Assembly: GCA_021850365.1 (NCBI GenBank)
Contig: JAJZMH010000021.1
Span: 7,785-71,784, forward strand
DNA length: 64,000 bases
Direction of reading: 5' to 3'
Origin: a bacterium
Lineage (GTDB): Bacteria > Patescibacteriota > Saccharimonadia > Saccharimonadales > UBA4665
Below are positions 36,933 through 46,952 of the stretch, in pieces. The number at the start of each line of letters is the position of its first letter. Position 1 is the first letter of the stretch. The notes beneath the pieces were generated by a model. The model saw only the letters and a program-made list of their open reading frames with translations. It was not told where the DNA came from and made no database searches. The translations under genes were made by a program, and so were the position numbers.

Positions 36933-38522
36933 ATGGACAATATTAAAAATCAGGTTATTTCTAAAATTCAGTCCTCTAACGCTATTTTGATTACGGTGGG
37001 AAATAGTCCTAATGTTGACCAACTGTCTGGATGTATTGCCCTAACCCTAATGATCAATAAACTAGGTAAACACGGTGCCAGTGTTTTTAGTGGTCAAATT
37101 CCTTCAACAATAGATTTTTTAGACCCTCAAAAAAATATAGAAAAAAGCCCAGATTCATTAAGAGATTTTATTATCTCATTTAGTAAAGATAAGGCAGATA
37201 AACTTAAATACAAAGTTGAAGAAGATACCGTTAAGATCTATATTACACCTTACCGATCTTCTTTAAATGAATCAGACTTTGTTTTTAGCCAGGGTGAATT
37301 TAATATAGATTTAATCATAACGTTAGGAATAAAAGATAAGAGTGATATTGATCAAGCTATTACTGCTCATGGGAATATATTGCACGATGCAACAATTATT
37401 AACATTAATCTACAACCTGGTAGTGACTTAGGGAATATAAATTTGATCGATACTCAAGCAAGTAGCTACTGTGAACTTCTTGCTTCAATTAGTAAGTCGT
37501 TTGAACCGAATATTCTCGATGAACAAATAGCAACTGCTTTGCTGACGGGAATTGTTTCTGAAACGAATAGGTTTAGTAATCCAAAAACAACTCCTCAAAC
37601 TATGAGTTTAAGTTCAGAGTTAATGAAGGCGGGAGCAAATCCTCAATTAATATCAACAAAATTGGAAGAAGATAATGGTTCTTCGATTGAGCGACTAGAA
37701 AATGAAGATCAATCGTTTGAAGAAAGTATAGATGATACGGATAATATTTTTAATATTGAACATAATTCAAATGATAGTGAATCGATTTCGGAGACTGACA
37801 ATAATCTAGTCAATGAAGGCGATAAAATTGACAATGAAAATAATCAAACTGATCTGCCTGAGCCAGTCAGTGAGAATCTGGCAGATAAATTATCCGATAA
37901 AATCGAAGAAGATAATCAGATAAACGCAGATGATTCTTCTAATCAGAGTGTCAATGTAAATGATTCTTATGGAGATCAACAAACTCCTGAAATATCCGAG
38001 CATAAAGAGAGCAACTTATCGGAAACTATGGAGACTTCCACTTTGCCTTCGGAGGATAATTCAGACATCCCCAATTCAGATTTTCTTGAGCCAAAAATTG
38101 ATGGTACGGAACAGATTCAGCAATTTTCTCCCCCTCCAGATTCATGGGACAAAGATCTAAATATGGATCATCTTCAGGAGTCATCTGAGACAACTTTGGA
38201 AAGTTCAGATCACCCAGAGGTTTCTTCGTTGGGAGATGATAGTATTAGTCATGGTGGTAGTTTAATTAATGATTTATCAACTACAGATGAAAGTGCTAAA
38301 GTTGATGATCAATCTATTCCAGAATTAATTCATCAAAACAGTTCAGAAAACGATATAACAGATAATAATATTTCACAAAATCAGACTGGATTAGATCCTT
38401 CTTTATTTACAGAAGCTAATAAAACTTCATTTGATTTAAATGATCAAGCTCCACCGGTTCCACCACCAGTTGTTCCTTTGTCTTTTAATAATGAAAATCA
38501 AGATCAACCATCTATAAAATAA
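36933..38522 (+). CDS. NrnA/DHH-phosphoesterase-like protein with degenerate catalytic motifs and ~290-aa acidic disordered tail
   Basis: It keeps the DHH-family scaffold ('ILITVGNSPNVDQLSGCIALTL', 'LLTGIVSETNRFSNP') but lacks the DHH/Asp ligands. It sits in the canonical slot upstream of truB. The tail is rich in D/E/S/N and ends in 'PPVPPPVVP'. Confidence 0.5.
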   Translation: MDNIKNQVISKIQSSNAILITVGNSPNVDQLSGCIALTLMINKLGKHGASVFSGQIPSTIDFLDPQKNIEKSPDSLRDFIISFSKDKADKLKYKVEEDTVKIYITPYRSSLNESDFVFSQGEFNIDLIITLGIKDKSDIDQAITAHGNILHDATIININLQPGSDLGNINLIDTQASSYCELLASISKSFEPNILDEQIATALLTGIVSETNRFSNPKTTPQTMSLSSELMKAGANPQLISTKLEEDNGSSIERLENEDQSFEESIDDTDNIFNIEHNSNDSESISETDNNLVNEGDKIDNENNQTDLPEPVSENLADKLSDKIEEDNQINADDSSNQSVNVNDSYGDQQTPEISEHKESNLSETMETSTLPSEDNSDIPNSDFLEPKIDGTEQIQQFSPPPDSWDKDLNMDHLQESSETTLESSDHPEVSSLGDDSISHGGSLINDLSTTDESAKVDDQSIPELIHQNSSENDITDNNISQNQTGLDPSLFTEANKTSFDLNDQAPPVPPPVVPLSFNNENQDQPSIK

Positions 38523-39214
38523 TGATTGCTGGGGTCTTGCTTGTTAATAAACCCATAAATTGGACCTCTTTTGACGCCGTAAATTATATTAGAAAGATAA
38601 TTTCATCTAATTACAATTTAAAACCAAAAAATATTAAGGTTGGACATAGCGGTACTCTAGATCCCTTAGCAACAGGTCTACTTATAATTTTGATTGGAAA
38701 GGAATATACTTCTAGGGCAAGTGAATTCATTAAAAACGATAAAATATATGATGTCTCATTAAAATTAGGTTATAGATCCGATAGTTACGATCTTGAAACA
38801 AATCTTATTCAAGTTTCAAATTATATACCAACAAATGATCAGATGAATAAAACTATTAATATGCATGTTGGCAAAATATCCCAACTTCCTCCAATATATT
38901 CTGCGAAAAAGATTGACGGTAAAAGACTGTATGAATTTGCTAGAAAAAATCAAAAACCCATTATAAAACCCCAACAGATCGAAATATATTGGATAAAAAA
39001 AATAAAATACCAGTATCCTTATCTGGAATTTAGCGTAAAAGTATCCAGTGGTACTTATATTAGAAGCTTAGTATCAGATATAGGAAAGACTCTAAAAACA
39101 GGCGCAGTAATGACAAAATTAGAAAGAACAAGAATCGGAGAATATTCTTTAAAAGATAGTGTAGATATTGAGGGCTTAAATTTTGAGATAATATCTGAAA
39201 ATTTACTAACGTAG
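38522..39214 (+). CDS. truB: tRNA pseudouridine(55) synthase TruB
   Basis: It has 'VGHSGTLDPLATGLL' and 'PIYSAKKIDGKRLYE'. Confidence 0.92.
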   Translation: MIAGVLLVNKPINWTSFDAVNYIRKIISSNYNLKPKNIKVGHSGTLDPLATGLLIILIGKEYTSRASEFIKNDKIYDVSLKLGYRSDSYDLETNLIQVSNYIPTNDQMNKTINMHVGKISQLPPIYSAKKIDGKRLYEFARKNQKPIIKPQQIEIYWIKKIKYQYPYLEFSVKVSSGTYIRSLVSDIGKTLKTGAVMTKLERTRIGEYSLKDSVDIEGLNFEIISENLLT

Positions 39215-39245
39215 CTAGCTGACATTTTTTAATAGTATAAAAAAG

Positions 39246-39275
39246 TTGTACATTTCTGAAATTATATGTTAAAAT
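39246..39275 (+). promoter_or_regulatory. Candidate promoter of rpsO (TTGTAC-18 nt incl. TGt-TAAAAT)
   Basis: TTGTAC lies at 39246-39251 and the extended -10 TGtTAAAAT at 39267-39275. The rpsO ATG is only 11 nt downstream of the -10. Confidence 0.4.
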
Positions 39276-39286
39276 TATGCACAACA

Positions 39287-39553
39287 ATGATATCTAAGGA
39301 AAAGAAAACTTCTGTTATTGGTAAACTAAAAACTAGCAGCAAAGACACTGGTAGTGCTCATGTTCAAATTGGAATATTGACCGAGAGAATAAAAGAAATT
39401 ACTGAACATCTTGGCTTTAATAAACATGATTTTATGGCTCGAAGAGGTCTTTTACAGATGGTGGGCAAAAGAAGACGACTTTTAAAATACGTCGCATCCA
39501 AAAATAGTGATTCTTATCTTTCTCTTATTAAGGAGTTAGGTATTAGGAAATAA
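39287..39553 (+). CDS. rpsO: 30S ribosomal protein S15
   Basis: It has 'DTGSAHVQIGILTERIKEITEHL' and 'RRGLLQMVGKRRRLLKYV'. I chose the ATG at 39287 (88 aa) because it matches the usual S15 length and N-terminus. Confidence 0.9.
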   Translation: MISKEKKTSVIGKLKTSSKDTGSAHVQIGILTERIKEITEHLGFNKHDFMARRGLLQMVGKRRRLLKYVASKNSDSYLSLIKELGIRK

Positions 39554-39726
39554 CGTTTGTATACTATTAGGCTTGATATATCGAGCTTGATAGCCTACCA
39601 ACGTAAAAATGTTTAGGATAGGAAATCTATTAATTAAGATGGGTAATTTCTGAGTTAAAGAAGCAGCTATACATCGAAAGTATATCTGAACTTTAATGCA
39701 GAAATATCCAAAGAAAGGAAAAGTTA

Positions 39727-41862
39727 ATGTTATCAACAATTAACCCCTACGGAAAAGAAATAATAAAAGTAGAAACTGATTTTTTAGGCAAAAAACTTAG
39801 TTTTGAGGTTAACAGAGTAGGATTTAGATCAACCTCTAGTGTTTTGGTTAGATATGGAGAAACCGTAATTCTTGGAACTGCTATGCTTGGTGGTGAAGTG
39901 GAAGGTTTAGATTATTTTCCATTAAGTGTGGAATACGAAGAAAAATTTTACGCATCAGGAAAGATTAGTGGCTCAAGATTTATAAAAAGGGAGGGTAGGC
40001 CTTCAGATGATGCAGTGTTAATTGGTCGATTAATAGACCGCCCAATTAGACCACTTTGGCCGAAAGGATACAGAAGTGAGGTTCAGGCAATAGCTACCGT
40101 CTTAAGTTTGGATCCTAATTTTAGACCAGATGTCATTGCGATGATTGCCGTAAGTTGCTCGTTACTTTTAACGGGAGCTCCATTTGATGGACCAGTAGCA
40201 GGTTTACGGGTAGGCTTTAAAGATGATAAGCCCGTGGCATTTCTATCTAACGAAGAATTGACTAACGGACTAGGTGATATAGTGGTTGCCGGAACTGCCA
40301 GTGGTGTGACGATGGTGGAAGCTGGAGCTAATGAAATTAGTGAAGAAAAAGTAATAGAAGCAATCAAATTTGGTTTTGAAAATTACCAACCTGCCATTAA
40401 GTTACAACAAGAACTTGTTCAAAAGGTTGGTGTAAAGCCATTAGAATACTCCTTAACTACCCCTAACCAGGAAATATTATCAGCTGTCGAAGAGTACCTA
40501 AAGGATAAACTAGGTAAAAATTTACAAAAACCATATCCAGAGAGAAATGAACTTTTAGCTACTCTTAGGACAGAAACATATGAATATTTCAAAGATAAAG
40601 ATTCTGAAAAATTTGAACAAAACAAGAAAGACTTTGAGGAAGCATTTAATCTCGCAATTCACAAAGATGTAAGAAAAGAAATTATCGAAAATAGAGTTAG
40701 ACCCGATGGTCGAAAATTTGATGAAATTAGACCGTTAAGTTCTGAAGTAGGGTTGTTACCTAGGGCACATGGATCTAGTATTTTTACCCGTGGAGTAACT
40801 CAGGGTCTCAATATAGTTACTTTAGCTCCACTTAGTTTTTCTCAAGTTATCGATACAATGGAACAAAATGCTGAAAAAAGATATATGCATCACTATAATG
40901 CCCCTGGCTATACAGTTGGTGAAGTTAGAAGACTAGGAAGCCCAGGAAGGAGAGAGATTGGGCACAGTTATTTAGCTGAAAGAGCACTTAGTGCGGTTAT
41001 TCCAGATGAAAAAGTTTTTCCTTATGCTATCCGTTCAGTTACCGAAATAATGAGTCAAAATGGTTCTACTTCAATGGCAGCCACTTGCTCAAGTTGTCTT
41101 GCTCTTATGGATGCAGGAGTTCCCATTAAAGCTCCGGTAAGTGGTATTGCTATGGGATTAATAACTACCGAAAACGAAAACATTGTTCTAAGTGATATTG
41201 CCGATGCAGAAGATTTTGCTGGGGATATGGATTTTAAAGTAGCAGGTACCGCAAAGGGAATTACAGCTTTGCAAATGGATATGAAGGTTCATGGATTACA
41301 AGTTGAGGTTTTAGCTTCTGCATTAAATCAAGCAAAGCCTGGAAGAGCATTTATTTTGAATCATATGCTTAGTACGTTGAGTGAACCTAGAAAAAAATTA
41401 AGTCCATATGCCCCAAGGGTTGAATCAATAAATATTAAACCGGAAAAAATTAGAGAAGTTATTGGAAAGGGTGGAGAAGTAATCCAGAAAATAACTGCAG
41501 AAAGTGGAGCTAGTATAGACATTAACGATGATGGAACGATTTTTATTTCAGGAGCAGATTTAAATTCATTAACACTAGCTAAAGATGCCATTAATAATAT
41601 CATTGCAGAACCCGAAGTTGGGAAAATTTACAAAAATTCAACAGTCGTTAGTTTGTTAGATTTTGGAGCTTTTGTTCAATTTTTACCAAATAAGGATGGA
41701 ATGGTTCATGTTAGTGAAATTGATGAAGCAAGAATTAATAAGCCAAGTGATGTTCTTAAGATTGGAGATAAGGTTGACGTTAAGTTAATTGCAATCGACG
41801 ATAAAGGGAGAAACCAGCTTAGTATTAGAGCTGCCAAAAAAGAGTTAAAAAATGAAGTCTAA
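39727..41862 (+). CDS. pnp: Polyribonucleotide nucleotidyltransferase (PNPase)
   Basis: It has two RNase PH domains, a KH domain ('IGKGGEVIQKI') and an S1 domain ('FGAFVQFLPNKDGMVHVSE'). It follows rpsO as usual. Confidence 0.95.
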   Translation: MLSTINPYGKEIIKVETDFLGKKLSFEVNRVGFRSTSSVLVRYGETVILGTAMLGGEVEGLDYFPLSVEYEEKFYASGKISGSRFIKREGRPSDDAVLIGRLIDRPIRPLWPKGYRSEVQAIATVLSLDPNFRPDVIAMIAVSCSLLLTGAPFDGPVAGLRVGFKDDKPVAFLSNEELTNGLGDIVVAGTASGVTMVEAGANEISEEKVIEAIKFGFENYQPAIKLQQELVQKVGVKPLEYSLTTPNQEILSAVEEYLKDKLGKNLQKPYPERNELLATLRTETYEYFKDKDSEKFEQNKKDFEEAFNLAIHKDVRKEIIENRVRPDGRKFDEIRPLSSEVGLLPRAHGSSIFTRGVTQGLNIVTLAPLSFSQVIDTMEQNAEKRYMHHYNAPGYTVGEVRRLGSPGRREIGHSYLAERALSAVIPDEKVFPYAIRSVTEIMSQNGSTSMAATCSSCLALMDAGVPIKAPVSGIAMGLITTENENIVLSDIADAEDFAGDMDFKVAGTAKGITALQMDMKVHGLQVEVLASALNQAKPGRAFILNHMLSTLSEPRKKLSPYAPRVESINIKPEKIREVIGKGGEVIQKITAESGASIDINDDGTIFISGADLNSLTLAKDAINNIIAEPEVGKIYKNSTVVSLLDFGAFVQFLPNKDGMVHVSEIDEARINKPSDVLKIGDKVDVKLIAIDDKGRNQLSIRAAKKELKNEV

Positions 41863-42061
41863 TACCCATAGAATATTAAAGACATTTTTGTTTATTGTTT
41901 GTTCTAGTATTATTGCCTACGTAGCACTTTTATTAGCAGTTAATAATGGCAACCTATTATTTTATATCGTAGGAATAGTCTCAATATATGTAACTCTGAA
42001 AGCAATTTTTAGGTTATTTAAAGAAATTATTTTAAATTATGCAAAAAGAAGAAATGCTTAA
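41852..42061 (+). CDS. Hypothetical small membrane protein (69 aa, 2 TM)
   Basis: The ORF overlaps the pnp 3' end and the udg 5' end and is hydrophobic. Whether it is coding is uncertain. Confidence 0.25.
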   Translation: MKSNTHRILKTFLFIVCSSIIAYVALLLAVNNGNLLFYIVGIVSIYVTLKAIFRLFKEIILNYAKRRNA

Positions 42062-42626
42062 ATCATTAAAACAAGAGATTATTCAAGATAATGTCTGCTT
42101 GAAGTTAAAGGAAGGTGCTACGAATTTAGTATTTGGTTCTGGCAATATTAATGCCCAAATTATGTTTATTGGTGAAGCACCAGGGAAAAATGAGGATTTG
42201 AGCGGAGAACCGTTTGTCGGGGCTGCAGGTAAGCTACTTAATGAGTTACTAGAAAGTGTTAAATTAACCAGGGAAGATGTCTATATTACTAACATAGTAA
42301 AATATAGACCTCCTCAAAATAGAGATCCTTTGCCAGAAGAAAAGGAGCAATTTTTACCTTTTTTAAGAAGACAAATTGAAATAATATCCCCAAAAATTAT
42401 TATAACTTTAGGTAGACATAGCATGAATTGTTTCTTGCCAGGAGAACAGATTTCCAAAATTCATGGAATACCCAGAAAAATGAAATTTGTACTGGATCAT
42501 CTTAAGAAAAGCTATAAAGAAGTTGTTTTTATACCGTTTTTTCACCCAGCTGCCGCATTATATAACGGCAGTTTAAGGAAAAGTTTGTTTTTGGATTTTA
42601 AAATAGTATCGAAATATTTAAATTAA
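42039..42626 (+). CDS. Uracil-DNA glycosylase, family 4
   Basis: It has '[23 protein letters not shown]' and a C-terminal 'FHPAAALY'. Confidence 0.8.
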   Translation: MQKEEMLKSLKQEIIQDNVCLKLKEGATNLVFGSGNINAQIMFIGEAPGKNEDLSGEPFVGAAGKLLNELLESVKLTREDVYITNIVKYRPPQNRDPLPEEKEQFLPFLRRQIEIISPKIIITLGRHSMNCFLPGEQISKIHGIPRKMKFVLDHLKKSYKEVVFIPFFHPAAALYNGSLRKSLFLDFKIVSKYLN

Positions 42627-42639
42627 AGGAAAATGTTAA

Positions 42640-44625
42640 ATGAAAGATAATAGACCGAGCAACAAAAAGATTGTCACCAATAATCTAAATACCACAAGAA
42701 GTCAGGCTGTTCGTGCACAGAAACGAAGCCAGGCAAATGCACAACGAATCGCTAATCAATATCAAGTTTCAAACGTAAATGATTCAAAACCTAGGGCTAA
42801 TTATATTGATGATTCACCTAAGCTTAAAATTATTGGTTTAGGTGGTATGGATGGTGGAGGATCAAAAAACATGATTTTAATAGAATACGGGAATGATGCA
42901 TTAATTTTAGATTGTGGAAACGATCTAGGTATCAATTTGCCCGGAATAAATTATGCTATAGCCGATACAAGCTATTTAGAAAATATAAAAAGTAAAATTA
43001 AGGGTTATGTGATTACTCACGGACATTTGGATCATATTGGTGGATTACCGCATATTGTTCCTAAATACCCGGCTCCAATTTATGGATCAAAATTTACGAT
43101 AGGTAGGGTAGAAGAGATTTTTGAAAACTTTGGTTTATCATTTCCGGAAGGTTTTGAGTTAAATACGATTAGTTTAAATGAAAATACACATGAAAAACTT
43201 AAAATTGGAATATTTTTTGTAGAACTTGTTAGAATTACTCATTCAATTCCCGGTAGTACTTGTATAGTTGTTGATACCCCAATTGGAAAAATTCTTAACA
43301 CTGGTGATTTTAGATTTGATCCTAATCCTCTTGATCACGAAAAGACAGATAAAGAAAGGTTAATCGAGATTGGAAAAAGCGGAGTTTTAGCATTATTGAG
43401 CGAGAGCACAACAACCGAAAGATTAGGAAGAACACCTAGTGAGTCACTCATTGAGCCAAGCTTTATAGATATTATGGATAAAGCACCTGGAAGAATATTT
43501 GTGGCTATTTTTTCAACCAACATTAATAGAATTCAGATGATTATTAATGCTGCAGTCCATCATAATAAAAAAATTGTTCTTGACGGAAGAAGTATGATGT
43601 CAACTCTTGAAATGGCCGTAAGGCATGGTTTTGTTAGGGTACCAAAAGGAACATTTGTGCCTATAGCTAGTGCTCCATCATTAAAAGATAACGAAGTGGT
43701 AGTTGTTTGTACTGGTGGACAAGGAGAGCCTAATTCTGCCCTGCAAAAGATGGCCAACGGAGAGCATCCACATATTAAAATGAAGGAACAAGATACCGTC
43801 ATTCTAAGTTCTACACCTATACCCGAATCAGGGAATGATTCTCTAATTGGAGATATGGTAGATAATCTATTGAGAAAAAACGTTCTAGTCTACCAACATA
43901 TTACTCATGATTTAGATAATATCGGACCATTGCATGTTTCTGGGCATGCTTCTAGAGATGAATATGCCGAAATGATCAATATGCTAAATCCTAAATTTTT
44001 TATACCCATTTACGGATCTTATCGATCCAAAAAGAGACATATAGATATTGCTATAGAACAAGGTATCCCTAGAAAAAACACTATTAATGCTGAAAACGGT
44101 CAAATAATTGGAGTTTCAAACGATAGTATCGAGATAATAGGTGAAGTTCCTTCTGGGAGTATATTAGTTGATCAAACCGGAGCGACAGTCAGTAATATTG
44201 TAATAAAAGATAGATTATTGTTAAGTGAAGAAGGATTAGTGGCAATAATACTTACATTGGATAAAAAAAGTGGTCAACTTCTAACTAGCCCAGATATAAT
44301 TAGCCGAGGCTTTATATATATGAGAGATAGCGAAGATATCATGACTGGACTTAGGAATGAACTAAAAAGAGCGGTTCAGCAAAGGTTTAATCGTGTTGAC
44401 ATTGATCGATTTAAGGCTGAACTCAAAGATCACGTAACCCACTTTTTATTTGAACATACTCAAAGAAGCCCAATAGTTATACCTGTTGTTAATATTATTG
44501 GTCAAAAGAATGACCAAAAGAATAAAAACAATAATAAATCCTCGGAACAAATTGCCCAAGATCAACAAAAACGATTCCAGGATTTAAGAAATAGGTTACT
44601 CAACCAGGACGCAGGAACGGATTAA
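42640..44625 (+). CDS. rnj: Ribonuclease J with basic N-terminal extension
   Basis: It has the metallo-beta-lactamase motif 'THGHLDHIGG' and a beta-CASP region ending in 'HVSGHASRDE'. The protein is 661 aa. Confidence 0.9.
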   Translation: MKDNRPSNKKIVTNNLNTTRSQAVRAQKRSQANAQRIANQYQVSNVNDSKPRANYIDDSPKLKIIGLGGMDGGGSKNMILIEYGNDALILDCGNDLGINLPGINYAIADTSYLENIKSKIKGYVITHGHLDHIGGLPHIVPKYPAPIYGSKFTIGRVEEIFENFGLSFPEGFELNTISLNENTHEKLKIGIFFVELVRITHSIPGSTCIVVDTPIGKILNTGDFRFDPNPLDHEKTDKERLIEIGKSGVLALLSESTTTERLGRTPSESLIEPSFIDIMDKAPGRIFVAIFSTNINRIQMIINAAVHHNKKIVLDGRSMMSTLEMAVRHGFVRVPKGTFVPIASAPSLKDNEVVVVCTGGQGEPNSALQKMANGEHPHIKMKEQDTVILSSTPIPESGNDSLIGDMVDNLLRKNVLVYQHITHDLDNIGPLHVSGHASRDEYAEMINMLNPKFFIPIYGSYRSKKRHIDIAIEQGIPRKNTINAENGQIIGVSNDSIEIIGEVPSGSILVDQTGATVSNIVIKDRLLLSEEGLVAIILTLDKKSGQLLTSPDIISRGFIYMRDSEDIMTGLRNELKRAVQQRFNRVDIDRFKAELKDHVTHFLFEHTQRSPIVIPVVNIIGQKNDQKNKNNNKSSEQIAQDQQKRFQDLRNRLLNQDAGTD

Positions 44626-44628
44626 TTA

Positions 44629-44657
44629 TTGACAAAAGTGACTAAATAAATCATAAT
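44629..44657 (+). promoter_or_regulatory. Candidate promoter of ftsK (TTGACA-17 nt-CATAAT)
   Basis: TTGACA lies at 44629-44634 and CATAAT at 44652-44657. A second extended -10 (TGaTATACT, 44697-44705) lies nearer the ATG. Confidence 0.45.
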
Positions 44658-44720
44658 AAAGTTTATGGTTATTTTAGTGTATCTAAGGTTAAGTCTTGAT
44701 ATACTATAGAAAAGAAAATT

Positions 44721-46952
44721 ATGCCTAAAAAGAAAAAAGTAAATAAGAGAAAAAAAGTTCAAAAAAGCGAAAATCAAAGATCACCTTTTTGGTCTTATTC
44801 TTTTGCAGTACTTTTATTTGTAATAGCCTTCTTTAGTTTACTGGGTGGTTTTAAAACTGGTGGAATTTTGCCAATAACTCTTTTTAGGTGGTTTTATGAT
44901 GTTCTAGGTTGGGTAGCATATATATTGCCGATATTTTTTGTATATTTTGGTGTATACAAATTTAAAACTGAAGATCATAGAATACCTTTACCAAACTTAA
45001 TAAGCCCTTTAATTACTTTAATTTTCTTATCATCAGGTATTTATACAATATTTGTAAAACTTAATAATTTTAACCAATACATCCAGACATCTGGGCATGG
45101 GGGGTATATTGGAAGTCTAGTTGGAGGATTATTCTTAGATATACTAGATAAAATTCCTGCAAGTATATTGTTGTTAGTAATTGCACTATTAAGTATTTTC
45201 TTTGCATTTAATATATCCCCATCAGTTTTAAAGAAAATTATTAATTTCTTTATTCAAAGAAGAAAAAATAATTTAAATAATGAACTTGAAGAAATAAGTG
45301 ACAAATCAAAAAACATTGAATTTAAATTAAATGAAGGCGTACCAGTAGAGCACCATAATCATATGGAAGAAGTTAATCAATTAAAAAGAATTTCATCATT
45401 TAAAAATACAGCCCAAAAGATGACTAATTTAGAAGTTCATAATGCTCTTACAACTAATTCTGACCCAGACTGGAAATTTCCTTCGATAAGTTTATTAAAT
45501 CAAAAGCAAGATAAAGCCGATGCTGGAGATGTTAATAATAACGTAAGAATTATAAAAGGAACGTTTGCTAATTTTAAAATAGATGTAGAGATGGAGGGGG
45601 CAAATATTGGTCCAAGAGTAACCCAATATACCCTAAGACCTCCAGCAGATGTTAAATTAACAAAAATAACTGCATTAGAAAATAATTTAGCGCTAGATTT
45701 AGCGGCTCATTCAATAAGGATTGAAGCTCCAATTCCTGGTAAAAGGGCAGTAGGAATTGAAGTTCCTAATGTTAAACCAGCTACTGTTCGTTTGAGTAGT
45801 TTGTTAACTTCAAAAGAATGGGCAGAGGTTGATCATCCTCTAGGATTTGCGGTAGGTAAAGATATATCAGGAAAAGCAATTGTAGCAGATTTATCGTCAA
45901 TGCCACATCTTTTAATTGCCGGTCAAACTGGAGCAGGTAAGTCTGTAATGATTAATACTTTATTAACAAGTTTATTGTATAGAAATTCTCCTTCAGATAT
46001 GAAGTTAATTTTAGTAGATCCAAAACAAGTTGAAATGGGAGTATATAATGATATTCCACATCTTTTAACTCCGGTAGTAAATGAACCAGAAAAGTGTATT
46101 AGTGCCTTAAAATGGGCAGTAGCAGAAATGAATCGAAGATTGAAGGCAATGGCCGAAGTCAGTAAGAGAAATATTTTTGAGTATAATCAAGAAAATAGTA
46201 ATAACGATAAAATGCCATATATAGTAATTATTATTGATGAACTAGCCGATTTAATGATGATGGCAGCTAGAGAAGTTGAAACTTTAGTTGTTAGACTTGC
46301 TCAGAAAGCCAGGGCGGCAGGAATTCATCTAGTTCTAGCCACACAGAGGCCCTCTGTTGATGTTATAACTGGACTTATAAAAGCTAACATTCCTGCCCGA
46401 ATTGCGTTTACTGTAGCTTCGCAGGTTGATTCAAGGACAATAATTGATCAAATTGGTGCTGAGAAATTATTAGGTAGAGGAGATATGTTGTTTATGACTG
46501 CGGATATGCCAAAACCTAAACGAATACAAGCAGGATTTATGGAGAATAGTGAATCAATTAAAGTTATGGATTACATTAGGTCTCAACGTCCACCAAATTA
46601 TGATGATGAAGTTGTATCACAACCCGTTCAGTTAGTAGGTAGTCGAAATAATGTCTTTAATTCAGACTTTTCCGGATCAGAACTTGAGGATAGTATGTGG
46701 GATGATGCTGTTAAAGTTGTCATAGAGAACAAAAAAGCAAGTACTAGCTTGTTACAAAGAAGATTACGTATAGGTTATGGTAGGGCTGCAAGATTGATCG
46801 AAACGATGGAAGAGAAGGGAATAATTAGTTCACAGCAAGGATCAAGGCCTAGAGAAGTACTAATTTCGTCTATGGATGATCTCTATGTAGGTTCAAACGA
46901 TGAAGAAAATATAGAAGATCAAAAATATGATATCGATCAAGAAGAGTACTAG
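44721..46952 (+). CDS. ftsK: DNA translocase FtsK/SpoIIIE
   Basis: It has N-terminal TM helices, the motor Walker A 'GQTGAGKS', 'IIIDELADL' and 'ATQRPSVDVITG', plus a gamma winged-helix 'LLQRRLRIGYGRAARLIE'. Confidence 0.93.
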   Translation: MPKKKKVNKRKKVQKSENQRSPFWSYSFAVLLFVIAFFSLLGGFKTGGILPITLFRWFYDVLGWVAYILPIFFVYFGVYKFKTEDHRIPLPNLISPLITLIFLSSGIYTIFVKLNNFNQYIQTSGHGGYIGSLVGGLFLDILDKIPASILLLVIALLSIFFAFNISPSVLKKIINFFIQRRKNNLNNELEEISDKSKNIEFKLNEGVPVEHHNHMEEVNQLKRISSFKNTAQKMTNLEVHNALTTNSDPDWKFPSISLLNQKQDKADAGDVNNNVRIIKGTFANFKIDVEMEGANIGPRVTQYTLRPPADVKLTKITALENNLALDLAAHSIRIEAPIPGKRAVGIEVPNVKPATVRLSSLLTSKEWAEVDHPLGFAVGKDISGKAIVADLSSMPHLLIAGQTGAGKSVMINTLLTSLLYRNSPSDMKLILVDPKQVEMGVYNDIPHLLTPVVNEPEKCISALKWAVAEMNRRLKAMAEVSKRNIFEYNQENSNNDKMPYIVIIIDELADLMMMAAREVETLVVRLAQKARAAGIHLVLATQRPSVDVITGLIKANIPARIAFTVASQVDSRTIIDQIGAEKLLGRGDMLFMTADMPKPKRIQAGFMENSESIKVMDYIRSQRPPNYDDEVVSQPVQLVGSRNNVFNSDFSGSELEDSMWDDAVKVVIENKKASTSLLQRRLRIGYGRAARLIETMEEKGIISSQQGSRPREVLISSMDDLYVGSNDEENIEDQKYDIDQEEY

